Positions 1 to 11,180 are shown, counted from the first letter of the stretch. The stretch is DNA of 64,000 nucleotides from Candidatus Obscuribacterales bacterium (GCA_965228855.1 CBDDIJ010000002.1:736001-800000), one strand, 5' to 3'. Made by a program: numbers and translations. The notes: a model not told the origin generated them from the letters alone.

Positions 1-29
1 CGAACCTGACCGGTCGTGTGCGGCTTATC

Positions 30-2066
30 TCAACCGACCGTGCCGCCTCGACAACCGGTGTCCTTCTGACCCGGCTGGCAGGGCGGTGGCAGGGTGTCAC
101 CTGCAGCCGGAGCCGCAGAACCCTGCCCGTCATCCGCGGAACCCGTGGACGGCTCGGAAGCCGCCTCGGAGCCGTCGGTCAGCTCGACCTGGGCTTCCGG
201 GTCCACGCTGTCGATGTTCTCGAAGCGCAGCCGGACGGCGTCCAGCATGGCCAGCGAATTCGCCTCCACGAAGCGAGCCGCCTTCATGGCGGGCACACCC
301 GACTTCACCAGCCCCCAGTACGCCAGCGACGCAGCCGCAGCCACATACGTGGCATGGATGTCGCCGAGGTCGTCGGGCAGCGCGGCCGAGCCGTTCATCA
401 GATTGTCGACCAGGCGGTCGACCTTCAGCTGACGGCGTTCGGTCCAGTTGATGATGTCGACCGTGGCGAGCCCACCGAGCGCCGCGAGCGGCGAACGGAT
501 GAGAGCCTTTGCCACCACAGGAGCCACCGCCTTCAGGTCCTCGACCGGGATGCGGATCGCGACCTTCGACTTGGGGTTGTCGCTGCGCCAGGTGATGAAC
601 TTGGGAACTTCGCCCACCGCCTGGTCGGCGAGCAGCCGGCACTGGGTCGCTTCGGCCGGGAAGCCGATTTCGTCGAGCGCCGCCGCCACGATGTACGCGC
701 GGATGTAATCCGGCGGATGCGGCCAGAACTGGATCGTCTTCTGGTCGTTCTCCAGCTTGTTGATGCTGAAGTACGAGCCGGCGCGCAGAAGGCGCGGCGT
801 CTTGAACACACCGTCACCCTTCGAGTTGAACGCCGAGAACGTCGAGATCATGTTGTACAGGTACGCCGGACCGGACAGCAGGATGCCGCCCGAGATGTCG
901 GCGTCGACCTCACCGATGGTGTCTGCGAACAGTTTCACCATGATGTTGGAGGTCGGAACCTCCGTGCGATCGATGCGCACGGTGTCCTGCGAGAACTTGA
1001 TCTCCTGCTTTTCGCACGCCTCGGCAATCGCCTTGGCGACCACCATGGTGAGCTCGTCGCCGAGTCCCTCGACATCCGCGAAGATGTCGTGACGGAACTC
1101 GTGCATGTAGAGCACGAGCATCAGGGTGATAATCGAGCGCTCGTCATGCGGGACTTCGATGGCATGTGCGCCGACCGGACCACGCGTGCCAGGCAGGGTA
1201 GCCGGACCGTGCTCGCTGAAGCGGGCGACGAAAACGTTGCCGACATGGAACTTGGACGTCTTGAGCCGCTCCTTGACCTCGGCATCGAGCTTGATGCCGA
1301 AGTCCAGCCCTTCGAACAGGCGGAAGGCCTGCTCGACAGCGAAGACGACCGCTTCCAGCTGTTTGTAGTTGCCGGAGCGCAGCTGCCCGAAGGCGTCCGT
1401 CCAGATGCGCAGCACGCCAAGGATCTGCGCGAGCTGCTCGTCCAGCGACTGGATGGCATGCTGGAGCAGCTGACCCTCGGGAACGTTGGGGTTCTGGGCG
1501 ACGAGCACCGAGAACACACGCGGCAAGGTCTCGAGATAGAGCGTGCGCAGCTTCGTAAGCTGCTGCTCCAGGCTCTCGATCGCCGGCAGGTACCGCGGCT
1601 TGAGCGGCACAATTTCCGACTTGGCCCACGCCACTTTGTCGGCATGGTCGTCGAAGCGCTCCGCGACGATGGCGTCGTACTTGCCGGCATCCATCATGAG
1701 CCGAAGACCTTCGGCGGCGGAGAACAGGGTCGCATCCACGCCGGAGACACGGGCGCGGGGAAGTTGCGGGATCAGGCCTGCCGACTGCGACGAAATGCTT
1801 CCTTTATTCGGCAGACCCGGGATAAAACCCACATCGGTCACCTTCAGCGAGGCGTCCGTGGTGGGCTTGGCACCTTTGCCTTTGCCGCCTTTGTCAGCGG
1901 CAATCTTCTCGCCCAGGCGGGCGAGGGAACGGTTGACCGCCTCCTCGACCGTGGGGAAGTTGAAATTCTCATCCCCGTAGCCGGGGCAAATCACCATGTT
2001 GGGGCGGCAACCACCGGGCTTGTGCTCGTGCTTGTCGCGTTTGGTGATGTCGAGAACGATTGTCAT
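30..2066 (-). CDS. Putative zinc metallopeptidase-like protein (HExxH), function unknown
   Basis: Long codon-biased ORF, ATG 2066 behind GAAGGAG; HEFRH...EVDAD...HPPDYIR motifs (gluzincin-like arrangement). Confidence 0.6.
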   Translation of the reverse strand: MTIVLDITKRDKHEHKPGGCRPNMVICPGYGDENFNFPTVEEAVNRSLARLGEKIAADKGGKGKGAKPTTDASLKVTDVGFIPGLPNKGSISSQSAGLIPQLPRARVSGVDATLFSAAEGLRLMMDAGKYDAIVAERFDDHADKVAWAKSEIVPLKPRYLPAIESLEQQLTKLRTLYLETLPRVFSVLVAQNPNVPEGQLLQHAIQSLDEQLAQILGVLRIWTDAFGQLRSGNYKQLEAVVFAVEQAFRLFEGLDFGIKLDAEVKERLKTSKFHVGNVFVARFSEHGPATLPGTRGPVGAHAIEVPHDERSIITLMLVLYMHEFRHDIFADVEGLGDELTMVVAKAIAEACEKQEIKFSQDTVRIDRTEVPTSNIMVKLFADTIGEVDADISGGILLSGPAYLYNMISTFSAFNSKGDGVFKTPRLLRAGSYFSINKLENDQKTIQFWPHPPDYIRAYIVAAALDEIGFPAEATQCRLLADQAVGEVPKFITWRSDNPKSKVAIRIPVEDLKAVAPVVAKALIRSPLAALGGLATVDIINWTERRQLKVDRLVDNLMNGSAALPDDLGDIHATYVAAAASLAYWGLVKSGVPAMKAARFVEANSLAMLDAVRLRFENIDSVDPEAQVELTDGSEAASEPSTGSADDGQGSAAPAAGDTLPPPCQPGQKDTGCRGGTVG

Positions 2067-2166
2067 ACTTATCGCTCCTTCATTTAGGTTTGACGGCGCC
2101 CGCAAGCGGAGACCGGCTGACAAAGCCGGTCTCGCGAGCACCTGATGACTGATCTGGATGAAATAC

Positions 2167-3585
2167 CTACTGCTGCCCCAGGCTGCCGAGCACGCGCGCG
2201 AGCTTGGCGGCGAGCACGTTGACCGGCGGAACAGAGCGGTACTCGGGAATGTCGAGCCGCAAGTACGGACCGACGGCAGTGGGCGTCACAACCGTGTCGC
2301 CTTCCTGCAAAGCATGTTTGACCGCGGCAGCCGTCACTCCGTCCTGCTCGATTGCGAAGCAAACGATCGAGGACACAAGAGGACGAGACAAAGTCGATTC
2401 GAGCACCCGCACTCCGGCAATGCTCGAAAGCGCCTTCACGATCTTGGTGCGTTCCGCTTCCACCAGGGCGAGCTGGTTGCGACGCCGCTCTGCGAACGAA
2501 TCGCCCTTGCCGCGCTGATAGAAGTACATGAACGCCGCATTCATAGCCGCAATTTCGGGAAGCGAAACAGCACCGCGTTTCAAAATCCACTCGGGCAGAC
2601 GCTCTTCGAAGCGCGGCTCGAACTGGAAGTGAGCGAGTGCCGCCTCCCGAGGGAAATCCGCTTCCTGCGTCTTCTCGATGAAGATCTGGACGAGCTCTTC
2701 ACTCATCGCAAAGGCCGATGCCGTCAGCAGACCGCCCAGCGCCTTGGAGGCACTGAACAGATACGCGTCGCAGTACGACAACGGGTCAGCGGTGGCTTCG
2801 GCATCGCGACGAGCCATGCCCTGCTCATCATCGACTACGAAGAAGAGGTTGTGGCCCCGCTTGCGCAGGTCGCGAACCAGAGCGGCCACCTCTTTCACGG
2901 GCAGCAACCGACCGGTTTCGCTCACGGTCGGCAACACGATGCATCCGCAAGTGCCGGCTCCGGAGGAGGACTTGACGACGGCTTCTTCCAGCGCGCCAAC
3001 GAGCTGGTCGTTGTCGAGACTGGAGAGATTGATCGACTTTTCCTCGACTTCCTTACCAACCGGATAGGCGAGCGTGGAGCCGCTCTCGAAGAACACCTTC
3101 GTCACAGGAGCGAATGAAGCGTTCTTCGCTTCCACGGCGTCGCCACCATCTTCGGTGACACGCACGAGGAATACCTTGCGAAGATAGTTCGGCAGCCCGC
3201 CTGCGATCCCACGGAAGTCGGGATGACGTCCGACGTGGAACAACATGCGAGTAGCGAGCGTGACCGACGAGCGACCGGAGGCATCAAGGATGACCGGAAC
3301 GTCGTCGGAGAGCGAGAGAACCTTACGCGTCCAGTAGCGCGCGTAGTCGGTTTCTTGCTCGTAATAATCGTTGAGAGCATCGACGTCGCCGGCGCCGACA
3401 AAGCGCAAGACGGAAGCGATGCTGTTCTTCGCCGGCGCGAACATCTCGGTCGTCGGCGAGGCGATGTTGGTGCCGGCCCACCAGTTGCGCCACTTCTGTT
3501 TCCAGGCCACACCGTGGACTGGAACCGGGGAGAGACTGGCAGCCGGAGCCACCAGACCTTGTCCAATCGGGTCGAATCTCTTCAT
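2167..3585 (-). CDS. PLP-dependent fold-type-I enzyme (class V aminotransferase-like)
   Basis: FVVDDEQG (DxxQ) and FSASKALGG (SxxK) motifs; ATG 3585 behind GAGG. Confidence 0.6.
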   Translation of the reverse strand: MKRFDPIGQGLVAPAASLSPVPVHGVAWKQKWRNWWAGTNIASPTTEMFAPAKNSIASVLRFVGAGDVDALNDYYEQETDYARYWTRKVLSLSDDVPVILDASGRSSVTLATRMLFHVGRHPDFRGIAGGLPNYLRKVFLVRVTEDGGDAVEAKNASFAPVTKVFFESGSTLAYPVGKEVEEKSINLSSLDNDQLVGALEEAVVKSSSGAGTCGCIVLPTVSETGRLLPVKEVAALVRDLRKRGHNLFFVVDDEQGMARRDAEATADPLSYCDAYLFSASKALGGLLTASAFAMSEELVQIFIEKTQEADFPREAALAHFQFEPRFEERLPEWILKRGAVSLPEIAAMNAAFMYFYQRGKGDSFAERRRNQLALVEAERTKIVKALSSIAGVRVLESTLSRPLVSSIVCFAIEQDGVTAAAVKHALQEGDTVVTPTAVGPYLRLDIPEYRSVPPVNVLAAKLARVLGSLGQQ

Positions 3586-3921
3586 ATAGACCTCACTGAA
3601 GTAAGGGTTGAAACGCTTCCAGCCGGAAGCCTCCTCAAATCGGAAATTCGAACGTGGCCGTAAGCACGGTCGTTCGACCACTTCGCAGTCGCGAAGTTAG
3701 GCTCCGCAAACAAATCACGGAGCCCTGGCAAACGCTGCCGAATTCTCAGCGCTTTCCAGGACCCCGAGAAAAAAACGGAAGCTGGAGCTGCATCGGCCAG
3801 GCGACTCGGTTTTCAAACCGAATCGACCGACCTTTGCAGCCCCAGCCCCGTTCAAAACATCACAGCACCATTAGTGGTGCCCAAGAGCCGAAACCCTCAG
3901 GCACCACTTCCGGTATCAGAC

Positions 3922-6240
3922 TCAGTCGAGGTAATATTCGTCGTGGGTGTACACGTCGACCTCGATAGCCTTGATCTTGGCGGCATTCGCGACCGCGAGC
4001 CGGTCGGCTTCCGCCTTCGTGAGCACACCGATCTCGACCGCCTGAGCGGCGACCTCGGCGTTGATCGCGCCGCGCGGCAGCGTGCGCGCCTTCTGGGCAG
4101 CGATGACCTTGTCGACCAGCGGCTGGGTTTCGCTGGTGAGGCGGAAAGCCTCGATCAGCTGACCGAGCCCGAGCTCGTCGCCGGCAGGCACGAACACACC
4201 GTCGGTGAGACGGTTGAACTGCTCGCCGTAGGTCTGGACGGTAGCCGCCGCCTTGCGGGCGAGAGCGTCGGACGGAGCGCGACCGAGCGGGTTGAGCCGC
4301 AGGGTAGCCGCACCGACTGTGCGCATCAGGAAGCCGAGGACGGGCACGTCGAAGTTGGCATAGATGCCCTCGAACGCCGTCTGCACTTCGCTCAGCGCCT
4401 GCGTCAGCGCGTAGCGCACGAGCGGCAGGTCTTCCTTGCAACGACCTTCAGCCTCGAAGCGCCGCAGCGCCGAGAAGCCGAGCAGCATCCAGGCCACCGC
4501 GTCGGCGTACCGACCGGTGAGCATCTGGCGCGCCTTGAGCTTGCCGCCGACCGTGAACATCGCCAGGTCGGTGAGCGTGCCGAAGTGGGCAGCCGCCCAG
4601 CCCAGGCGCCGGTAGTAGGACCGCGTCTCCGGAGCGACCCGGGGAACGCTGGTGGTCCAGCCGCGCGTCAGGCTCCGCACGCCGGTGCGCACGAGGCCCA
4701 GACCGAAGTGCGTCATCCAGCCCAGCAGGTTCCAGCGGAAGGCCGGAACGTCGCTGTCGTCGACCGCATGCACCACCTTGAGCGCGTAGGGATGGCAGCG
4801 GGTGGCGCCCTGACCGAAGATCATCAGGGTACGCGTGAGGATGTTGGCACCCTCGACGGTGATGCCGACCGGAGCACCGGTGTAGCCCTTGGCCAGGACG
4901 TTGCGCGGGCCCTGCATGACGGCGGAACCGGCCATGATGTCCATGGCGTCGATGCCGTTCTTGCGCGCGATCTCGGTCGTGTACGCCTTCAGGACCGCGG
5001 AGGTCACCGGCGGCTGCACGCCCGAGTCGACGGCCGAGCACACGAAGATGCGCGCCGCGTCCAGCATGTAGGTCATGGCCGCGATCGAAGCGACCTTTTC
5101 CTCGATGCCTTCCATCTGACCGATCTGGCGGTTGAACTGCGAACGCACCATCGAATAGGCGCCGGCCGCAGCGGCCGAGATCTTCAGGTTGCCGACCGCA
5201 CCAGCGGGAAGCGAGACGCAGCGACCGCCGGCGAGCTGCTCCATGAGCATCTTCCAGCCGCCGCCAGCGTACGCCGGACCGCCGATGATGTTGTCGAGCG
5301 GAACGACCACGTCGTCACCCTTGAGCGTGCCGTTCTCGAACGGCTCGCCGATCGGGATGTGGTGCGGACCGTTGACGAACCCGGGGGTGCCCTTGTGGAT
5401 CAGCACGCAGGTGATGCCGATATCGCCCTTGTTCTCCGCGGTCGACTTGCCCAGCAGGTTGTCGGGATCCGACAGCTGGATGGCGACGGTGCAGAGGTTG
5501 GCGATCGGCGCCAGCGTGATGTAGCGCTTCTCGAAGTTCATCTTGATCTTGACCTGACCGTCGGTGTCGCGGAAGACGACGCCTTCGGACTTCATGCTGG
5601 CGGCATCGGAGCCGGCAGTCTTTTCGGTCAGACCGAAACACGGGACGTATTCGCCCGACGCCAGCTTCGGCAGGTAAGCCTGCTTCTGCTCGTCGGTGCC
5701 GTAGTGGATGAGGAGCTCACCGGCGCCCAGCGAGTTCGGGATCATGACCCGCACGCCGACGGTGAACGAGTACGGCGTCAGGGTGTGCAGGATGGTCGAG
5801 ACGGCCAGGCGGGAGAAGCCCTTGCCACCGAACTCCTTGGGGATGATCAGCCCCATGAAGCCCTGCGCCTTGATGAAGTCGAAGACGTGCTCGGGGACAC
5901 GGCGCGTCTTGCCGACCTGGTGATGGTCGAACATGCGACACAGCTCGACGAGCGGTCCGTCGATGAAAGCCTGCTCTTCGGCCGTCAGCCCACCGTAGGG
6001 CTTGTCGAGCATCGAGCGAAAGTTGGGCTTACCGGCGAAGATATCGCCATCGAGCCAGACATCCCCGGCCTCGAGCGCCTGGCGCTCGGTCTCGGAGATT
6101 TGCGGAAGAACCTTCATCTTCTTCATCGTGTTCATGATGAAACGGAAGACGGGGTCACCACGGCGTCCCTTGCCGGAGTTTCCGCTGATCGAACCTTCCG
6201 CGGCGTTGCCCCGCGGATTTTTATCGTTTTTCAGACTCAT
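3922..6240 (-). CDS. fadE: Acyl-CoA dehydrogenase, FadE type
   Basis: ISETERQALEAG, PNSLGAGELL, PCFGLTE..AGSDA, ITVEGANILTR..IFGQGA.RCHP. Confidence 0.9.
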   Translation of the reverse strand: MSLKNDKNPRGNAAEGSISGNSGKGRRGDPVFRFIMNTMKKMKVLPQISETERQALEAGDVWLDGDIFAGKPNFRSMLDKPYGGLTAEEQAFIDGPLVELCRMFDHHQVGKTRRVPEHVFDFIKAQGFMGLIIPKEFGGKGFSRLAVSTILHTLTPYSFTVGVRVMIPNSLGAGELLIHYGTDEQKQAYLPKLASGEYVPCFGLTEKTAGSDAASMKSEGVVFRDTDGQVKIKMNFEKRYITLAPIANLCTVAIQLSDPDNLLGKSTAENKGDIGITCVLIHKGTPGFVNGPHHIPIGEPFENGTLKGDDVVVPLDNIIGGPAYAGGGWKMLMEQLAGGRCVSLPAGAVGNLKISAAAAGAYSMVRSQFNRQIGQMEGIEEKVASIAAMTYMLDAARIFVCSAVDSGVQPPVTSAVLKAYTTEIARKNGIDAMDIMAGSAVMQGPRNVLAKGYTGAPVGITVEGANILTRTLMIFGQGATRCHPYALKVVHAVDDSDVPAFRWNLLGWMTHFGLGLVRTGVRSLTRGWTTSVPRVAPETRSYYRRLGWAAAHFGTLTDLAMFTVGGKLKARQMLTGRYADAVAWMLLGFSALRRFEAEGRCKEDLPLVRYALTQALSEVQTAFEGIYANFDVPVLGFLMRTVGAATLRLNPLGRAPSDALARKAAATVQTYGEQFNRLTDGVFVPAGDELGLGQLIEAFRLTSETQPLVDKVIAAQKARTLPRGAINAEVAAQAVEIGVLTKAEADRLAVANAAKIKAIEVDVYTHDEYYLD

Positions 6241-6398
6241 GATTATTGTCCTTGAACTCCAGTCCTCGCGGACCGAAGGGGAAGTGAATTGCAGCAAGAA
6301 GGGCTCAACGCGAGCCACGACAAAAACCGAATTCAGACGGATGCGGAGCGGGCGAGTGCCCGCTCCGCTCCGAGTAAACACTCAGCGGTGAGCCGAGA

Positions 6399-7415
6399 TT
6401 ACAGACCGACGGCGGCCCAGGCAGCCTTGAGGTCGGCTTCCAGGGTCGGGTGCAGCGCGCGGCAGTTCTCCAGCGACTTGGCGACGAACGCCTTGAAGTC
6501 GGCCTTCGAGGTGACGCGGTTGGCACCGCAGTTGGTGGCGTACCAGATCTCGAACGGACGCTCCCAGGCGTTGCCGCCGACGGCGCGCGCGAAGGTCGCG
6601 AACGCCTTGTTCGGGATGCCCGAGTTGATGTGCACGCCGCCGTTGTCGGACCAGCCGGTGTAGAGGTCCTTCATGTGGGCCGGCTGCGGGTCCTTGCCGG
6701 TCTTCGGGTCGTCGTACGCGGTGCCCGGGTTGAGCATGTCGCGCAGCGCGCGGCCGTTGACCTTCTTGGTCCACAGGCCCGGACCGACCAGCCAGCTGTC
6801 GTCGGCAGCGGAGAGCTTCGCGCGGTACTGACGGCAGAGCACGCCGACGACGTCGGAGAAGTGCTCGTTGAGCGCGCCGGACTGGCCCTGGTAGACGAGG
6901 GACGAGGTGTGCTCGGTGACGCCGTGCGCCATCTCGTGGCCGACGACGTCCTCGATGACGAACGTCTGGAACAGGTCGCCGTCACCGTCGCCGTACGTCA
7001 TCTGCGAACCGTTCCAGAACGCGTTGTTGTACTTGCGACCGTAGTGCACGGTGCCGACCAGCGCCATGCCGGCGTCGTCGATGGAGTTGCGCTTCACGAC
7101 CTGCGCCAGGAAGTCCTTGACGCCGCCGTGGAATTCGTAGGCGTTGTCGACGACCGCGTCGCCGGTGGCCTTGTCGCCTTCGAAGCGGGCCTTGGTGCCC
7201 GGCAGCGACTGACGGCCCTGGGCGTCGTAGATCTTGCGGTCGCCATTGCCGGCGCCGGCGAAGAGACCCGGGCGGCGAGCGACGAGCGACTGCCCCTTCT
7301 GGAACAGCTTCTGGGTCTCGACCAGGGTGAGAGCGTAGTTGAGGTTGTTCGGGTTACGGCGAGCGAGCTCGAGGAGCAGGTCCGCGTAGATGTACCCTTC
7401 GATGTGGTGACTCAT
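6399..7415 (-). CDS. M4 (thermolysin/protealysin-like) metallopeptidase
   Basis: NNAFWNG, HEMAHGV, GALNEHFSD, DNGGVHINSGIPN; short propeptide, no signal peptide. Confidence 0.92.
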   Translation of the reverse strand: MSHHIEGYIYADLLLELARRNPNNLNYALTLVETQKLFQKGQSLVARRPGLFAGAGNGDRKIYDAQGRQSLPGTKARFEGDKATGDAVVDNAYEFHGGVKDFLAQVVKRNSIDDAGMALVGTVHYGRKYNNAFWNGSQMTYGDGDGDLFQTFVIEDVVGHEMAHGVTEHTSSLVYQGQSGALNEHFSDVVGVLCRQYRAKLSAADDSWLVGPGLWTKKVNGRALRDMLNPGTAYDDPKTGKDPQPAHMKDLYTGWSDNGGVHINSGIPNKAFATFARAVGGNAWERPFEIWYATNCGANRVTSKADFKAFVAKSLENCRALHPTLEADLKAAWAAVGL

Positions 7416-8393
7416 TTGAATTACCTTTCAGGTTAGGAGAAGCACGACGGTGCTTCTGTCAGAGGTTGAATTTCGCAGGCGAAAACCCCGGTCATGCATT
7501 GACCCGGAGCCTGACTAAGAAAAGTCTCCCGAACCAAAACGTCAGTCAAGAAAACCTCGCGAAACACAAAACCTGCTCTTTCACCGAACTCAAAGACAGA
7601 GCCGGGAGAAGGGCGAGTTAGTTAAGTAATCGCGAAGTAGGAGGTTTTCTTCGACTAAACAATAAAGGTTAAGGATGCAGAAAGACCCTAGCTGTAAAGA
7701 CCGAAACTAAGCAACTCTCAGGCATTAGATGTGTATAAGCACTATATACATACTTGGCATTGCCGCGCCTCGTGAAAGACAGTTTATGAGAGGAGCCGGC
7801 TAACAGCTAGCAGAGCTAACGCCAATAGCGCGAGCCATGATCAGTCCAGCCAAAAGCCAACCCTGCGCCACCATATACAGTGCTTGACATTCAGGCTGCC
7901 AAGAACACGGTTTACGCGCGCGCGGAGCCAGAATTAGCTATGTCTGATTTGAATCTCAAGAGGAGTAGAAAGTACTGTTTACTCGCTATAACCTTTGCAT
8001 CTTTACGTGACAGGCCACTAAGAAACAGTTCCTCGATGTGCGCGAAAACCTGTTCTAGAGCTGATTTTAATCGGCGTGAACCTTAACGTGTTTCGTGACT
8101 AGTCAGTCATGATGCGCGTTTCGACAAAAGTGTTTTCCGGTCAGATGAGAGGAAGAACTGTTGTCGACTGGTTTTACAGGCAGACGCACTTCAACATGAG
8201 CGGCTCCTAATAACTGTCAAGACGAGAGTGAAGGTTAACAGTAGCTTACTTTCTTGCGACGAGAGAGAGACAATAAGTCTCGATCAGGATCAGTTCAGTA
8301 CGGCTGCTCGCTGCGGGCTCAACCTCGAAGCGCACCCCAGCCGGAAGAATGGATTACTGCAGACAAGAAAAAATATTCGGAGTAAGTAAGCAA

Positions 8394-11102
8394 ATGACTA
8401 AGCCTGACGATTCAATCGCAATTTCTCAGGCCGATTTCAGACTGCCCCGCCACGTCATCCCCAGCCGTTATGACATGACCCTGCGCCCCGACCTGAAGGA
8501 ATTCACCTTCACGGGCGACGAAGTCGTCGATATCGAGATTCTCGAAGCGACGAGTGAAATCAAGGTCAACGCCAAGAAGCTGGAGATCCCCAGCGCGTTC
8601 GTCGTCAAGGCTGACGGCACGCGCCTGAACGGCAAAGTCGAGATTGACGAGAAGACCGAGATCGCAACCATCACGTTCGCGGGCGTACTTGGGAAAGGCG
8701 CATGGAAACTCCATTGCACCTTCTCCGGTGTGCTCAACGACAAGCTCAAGGGTTTCTACCGCAGCTTCTGGACCGACGACCAGGGCGGCAAGCATGCAAT
8801 CGCTTGCACCCAGTTCGAAGCTACCGACGCGCGGCAGGCCTTCCCTTGCTTCGACGAACCCGAGTTCAAAGCCACTTTCAAGTGCGCGCTCGAGGTCGAT
8901 GAAAACCTGACCGCAATCTCCAACGGTCGCGTGCTCAAGGAAGAAGTGCTCGACGCCGGCATCCAGTATGTCAGCGTGCGCGCTTCGGACGCCAAGCCGG
9001 TCAGCAAGAAGCGCGTCGAATTCGCGGAAACGATGAAGATGTCCACGTACCTCGTGGCATTCATCGTCGGCGAGTTCAGAAGCTCCAAGCCGGTCAACGT
9101 CAACGGCAAGGAAGTCCGCATCTGGTGCGTTCCCGGCAAGGAACACCTGATGGACTTCGCTCTGAAAGCCGCGTCCTTCGGGCTCGACTGGTACGAGAAG
9201 TACTTCAACATCGCCTATCCGGGCGGCGACAAGGTCGACCACATCGCCATTCCCGACTTCGCGTCGGGCGCGATGGAAAACCTGGGCGCCATCACCTACC
9301 GCGAAACCGCGTTGCTCGTCGACGAGAAAACCGCTCCGCACTCCGCGCTCAAGCGCGTCGCCGAAGTCGTTCTCCACGAGCTCGCCCACATGTGGTTCGG
9401 CGACCTGGTCACGATGGGTTGGTGGAACGGACTGTGGTTGAACGAATCGTTCGCCACGTTCATGGAAAACCTCTGCCTGCATCACTGGAAGCCGGATTGG
9501 AACGTCTGGGAGGAATTCGCTCTCGGTCGCGCCGCCGCTGCCCGTCTCGATGCGCTCAAGTCCACCCACCCGATCGAGTGCCCCGTCCACCATCCGGACG
9601 AGATTGACGAACTGTTCGACCTGATCTCTTACGAGAAGGGCTGCTCAGTTCTCTATCAAATCCACCAGTTCATCGGCAAGGACGCGTTCCAGCACGGCAT
9701 CCGCGCTTACCTCAAGAAGCATTCGTTCGGCAACACCGAGACGCATGACCTCTGGGACGCGCTGGAATCCTCGTGCAAAGAGCTCGGTCTCAACCTGCCG
9801 GTCCGCGACATCATGGATGCCTGGGTGTTCACCCTCGGCCATCCGGTGATTGAAGTGAAGGAAGGCAGCGCCGAAGGCACCGTCGTCCTGCACCAGAAGC
9901 AGTTCACCTTCCTCCCCCGCGATGAAGAAGCCAAAGCCACGCTCTGGCCGATTCCCGTCACCATGCGAATCGCGAAGAAGGACGGTTCTTCCGAGGAAAA
10001 GAAACTCGTGCTCAAGGGCGAAGAGGAATCGGTTTATGTCGGCGAGAACTACGACCATGTCGTGGTCAATGCCGGCGGATCCGGTTTCTACCGTGTGGTC
10101 TACTCGCACGGGCTCAACGAGCGCCTGATCGGCGACGTACAAAGTTGCCTCTCGGTCGTGGAGCGCTTCAATCTCGTCAACGACAGCTGGGCTACGGTGC
10201 GCGCGCGCATCACGCCTGTCACCGACTACCTGGAAGTGGTCAAACTGTTCAGCGGTGAAGAAGACCCGAACGTCTGGTCCACCATCTGTGGTTCCATGTC
10301 GGCGCTCAACCGGCTCGTCTCCGGCTCGCACAGAACGGCTCTGCAAAAGGTCGTTCGCGAACTGATCGGACCTGCCGTCGAGAAGCTGGGCTGGGATCAG
10401 CGTCCAAGCGATTCGATCCAGACGCGCGAGCTGCGCGGCACTCTGATCAGCACGCTGGGCACCATCGGCGATGATGCCGCTGTGCAGAAGAAAGCGGCCG
10501 AATACTTCGACAAGTGGAAGAAGGACAAGGCATCCGTCGAAGCCAACGTCGTCCCGGCACTCGTGAGCATCCTGGCTTACACCGGCGACGAAAAGCGCTA
10601 CAACGAATTCGACCAGCTCTCCAAGGAAGCCACCACGCCACAGGACACGCTGCGCTTCATCAATGCGCTCGCGCGTTTCCGTGACGCCAAGCTCCTGGAG
10701 CGCACGATCGCCAAGTGCCTCTCCGACGAGGTCAAGACTCAGGACGCCCCGTATCTGTTCGCGAGCCTGCTCGCCAACGAAGATGCCGGTCCGGCGGCCT
10801 GGAAGTTCCTGACCGAGAAGTTCGACGACATGGTCGCCGCCTATCCGGAAAACGGAGTCGTGCGCATGTGCGGTGCCGCCGAGTACCTCGACAAAGAGGC
10901 GCTCGCCGACGAAGTCCGTACTTTCTTCTCGACGAAGAAGGTGAAATCGGGTGACATGGCTGTCGCTCAGATGCTCGAGCAGCTCGAAATCAACCTGCAA
11001 CTTCGCAAGGAGCAGGCCGCGCCTCTCGAGATGCACCTGGTGCCTGTCACCACTGACGGTGCCAAGCAGGAAGCAACCGCGGGCTCGAAGAAGTCCAAGT
11101 AA
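8394..11102 (+). CDS. pepN: M1 aminopeptidase N (puromycin-sensitive type), copy 1
   Basis: GAMENLG, HELAHMWFG..WLNESFA, ERAP1-like C-terminus. Confidence 0.92.
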   Translation: MTKPDDSIAISQADFRLPRHVIPSRYDMTLRPDLKEFTFTGDEVVDIEILEATSEIKVNAKKLEIPSAFVVKADGTRLNGKVEIDEKTEIATITFAGVLGKGAWKLHCTFSGVLNDKLKGFYRSFWTDDQGGKHAIACTQFEATDARQAFPCFDEPEFKATFKCALEVDENLTAISNGRVLKEEVLDAGIQYVSVRASDAKPVSKKRVEFAETMKMSTYLVAFIVGEFRSSKPVNVNGKEVRIWCVPGKEHLMDFALKAASFGLDWYEKYFNIAYPGGDKVDHIAIPDFASGAMENLGAITYRETALLVDEKTAPHSALKRVAEVVLHELAHMWFGDLVTMGWWNGLWLNESFATFMENLCLHHWKPDWNVWEEFALGRAAAARLDALKSTHPIECPVHHPDEIDELFDLISYEKGCSVLYQIHQFIGKDAFQHGIRAYLKKHSFGNTETHDLWDALESSCKELGLNLPVRDIMDAWVFTLGHPVIEVKEGSAEGTVVLHQKQFTFLPRDEEAKATLWPIPVTMRIAKKDGSSEEKKLVLKGEEESVYVGENYDHVVVNAGGSGFYRVVYSHGLNERLIGDVQSCLSVVERFNLVNDSWATVRARITPVTDYLEVVKLFSGEEDPNVWSTICGSMSALNRLVSGSHRTALQKVVRELIGPAVEKLGWDQRPSDSIQTRELRGTLISTLGTIGDDAAVQKKAAEYFDKWKKDKASVEANVVPALVSILAYTGDEKRYNEFDQLSKEATTPQDTLRFINALARFRDAKLLERTIAKCLSDEVKTQDAPYLFASLLANEDAGPAAWKFLTEKFDDMVAAYPENGVVRMCGAAEYLDKEALADEVRTFFSTKKVKSGDMAVAQMLEQLEINLQLRKEQAAPLEMHLVPVTTDGAKQEATAGSKKSK

Positions 11103-11180
11103 TTCGGTAGGTGGGGCGAGCACGGTCCCCGGACCGGCTCTCCTCACCTCAGCCGAAGAGCCTGAAATTGCACGCTTTTG

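Noticed and set aside
18..7436. Long + strand ORFs (18-2087, 2158-3117, 3874-6255, 6450-7436) and similar antisense ORFs elsewhere
   Set aside because: Shadows of strongly codon-biased genes on the opposite strand; no motifs.
7416..8393. RNase P RNA, tmRNA or retron ncRNA
   Set aside because: Signature sequences not seen; no reverse transcriptase in the window.
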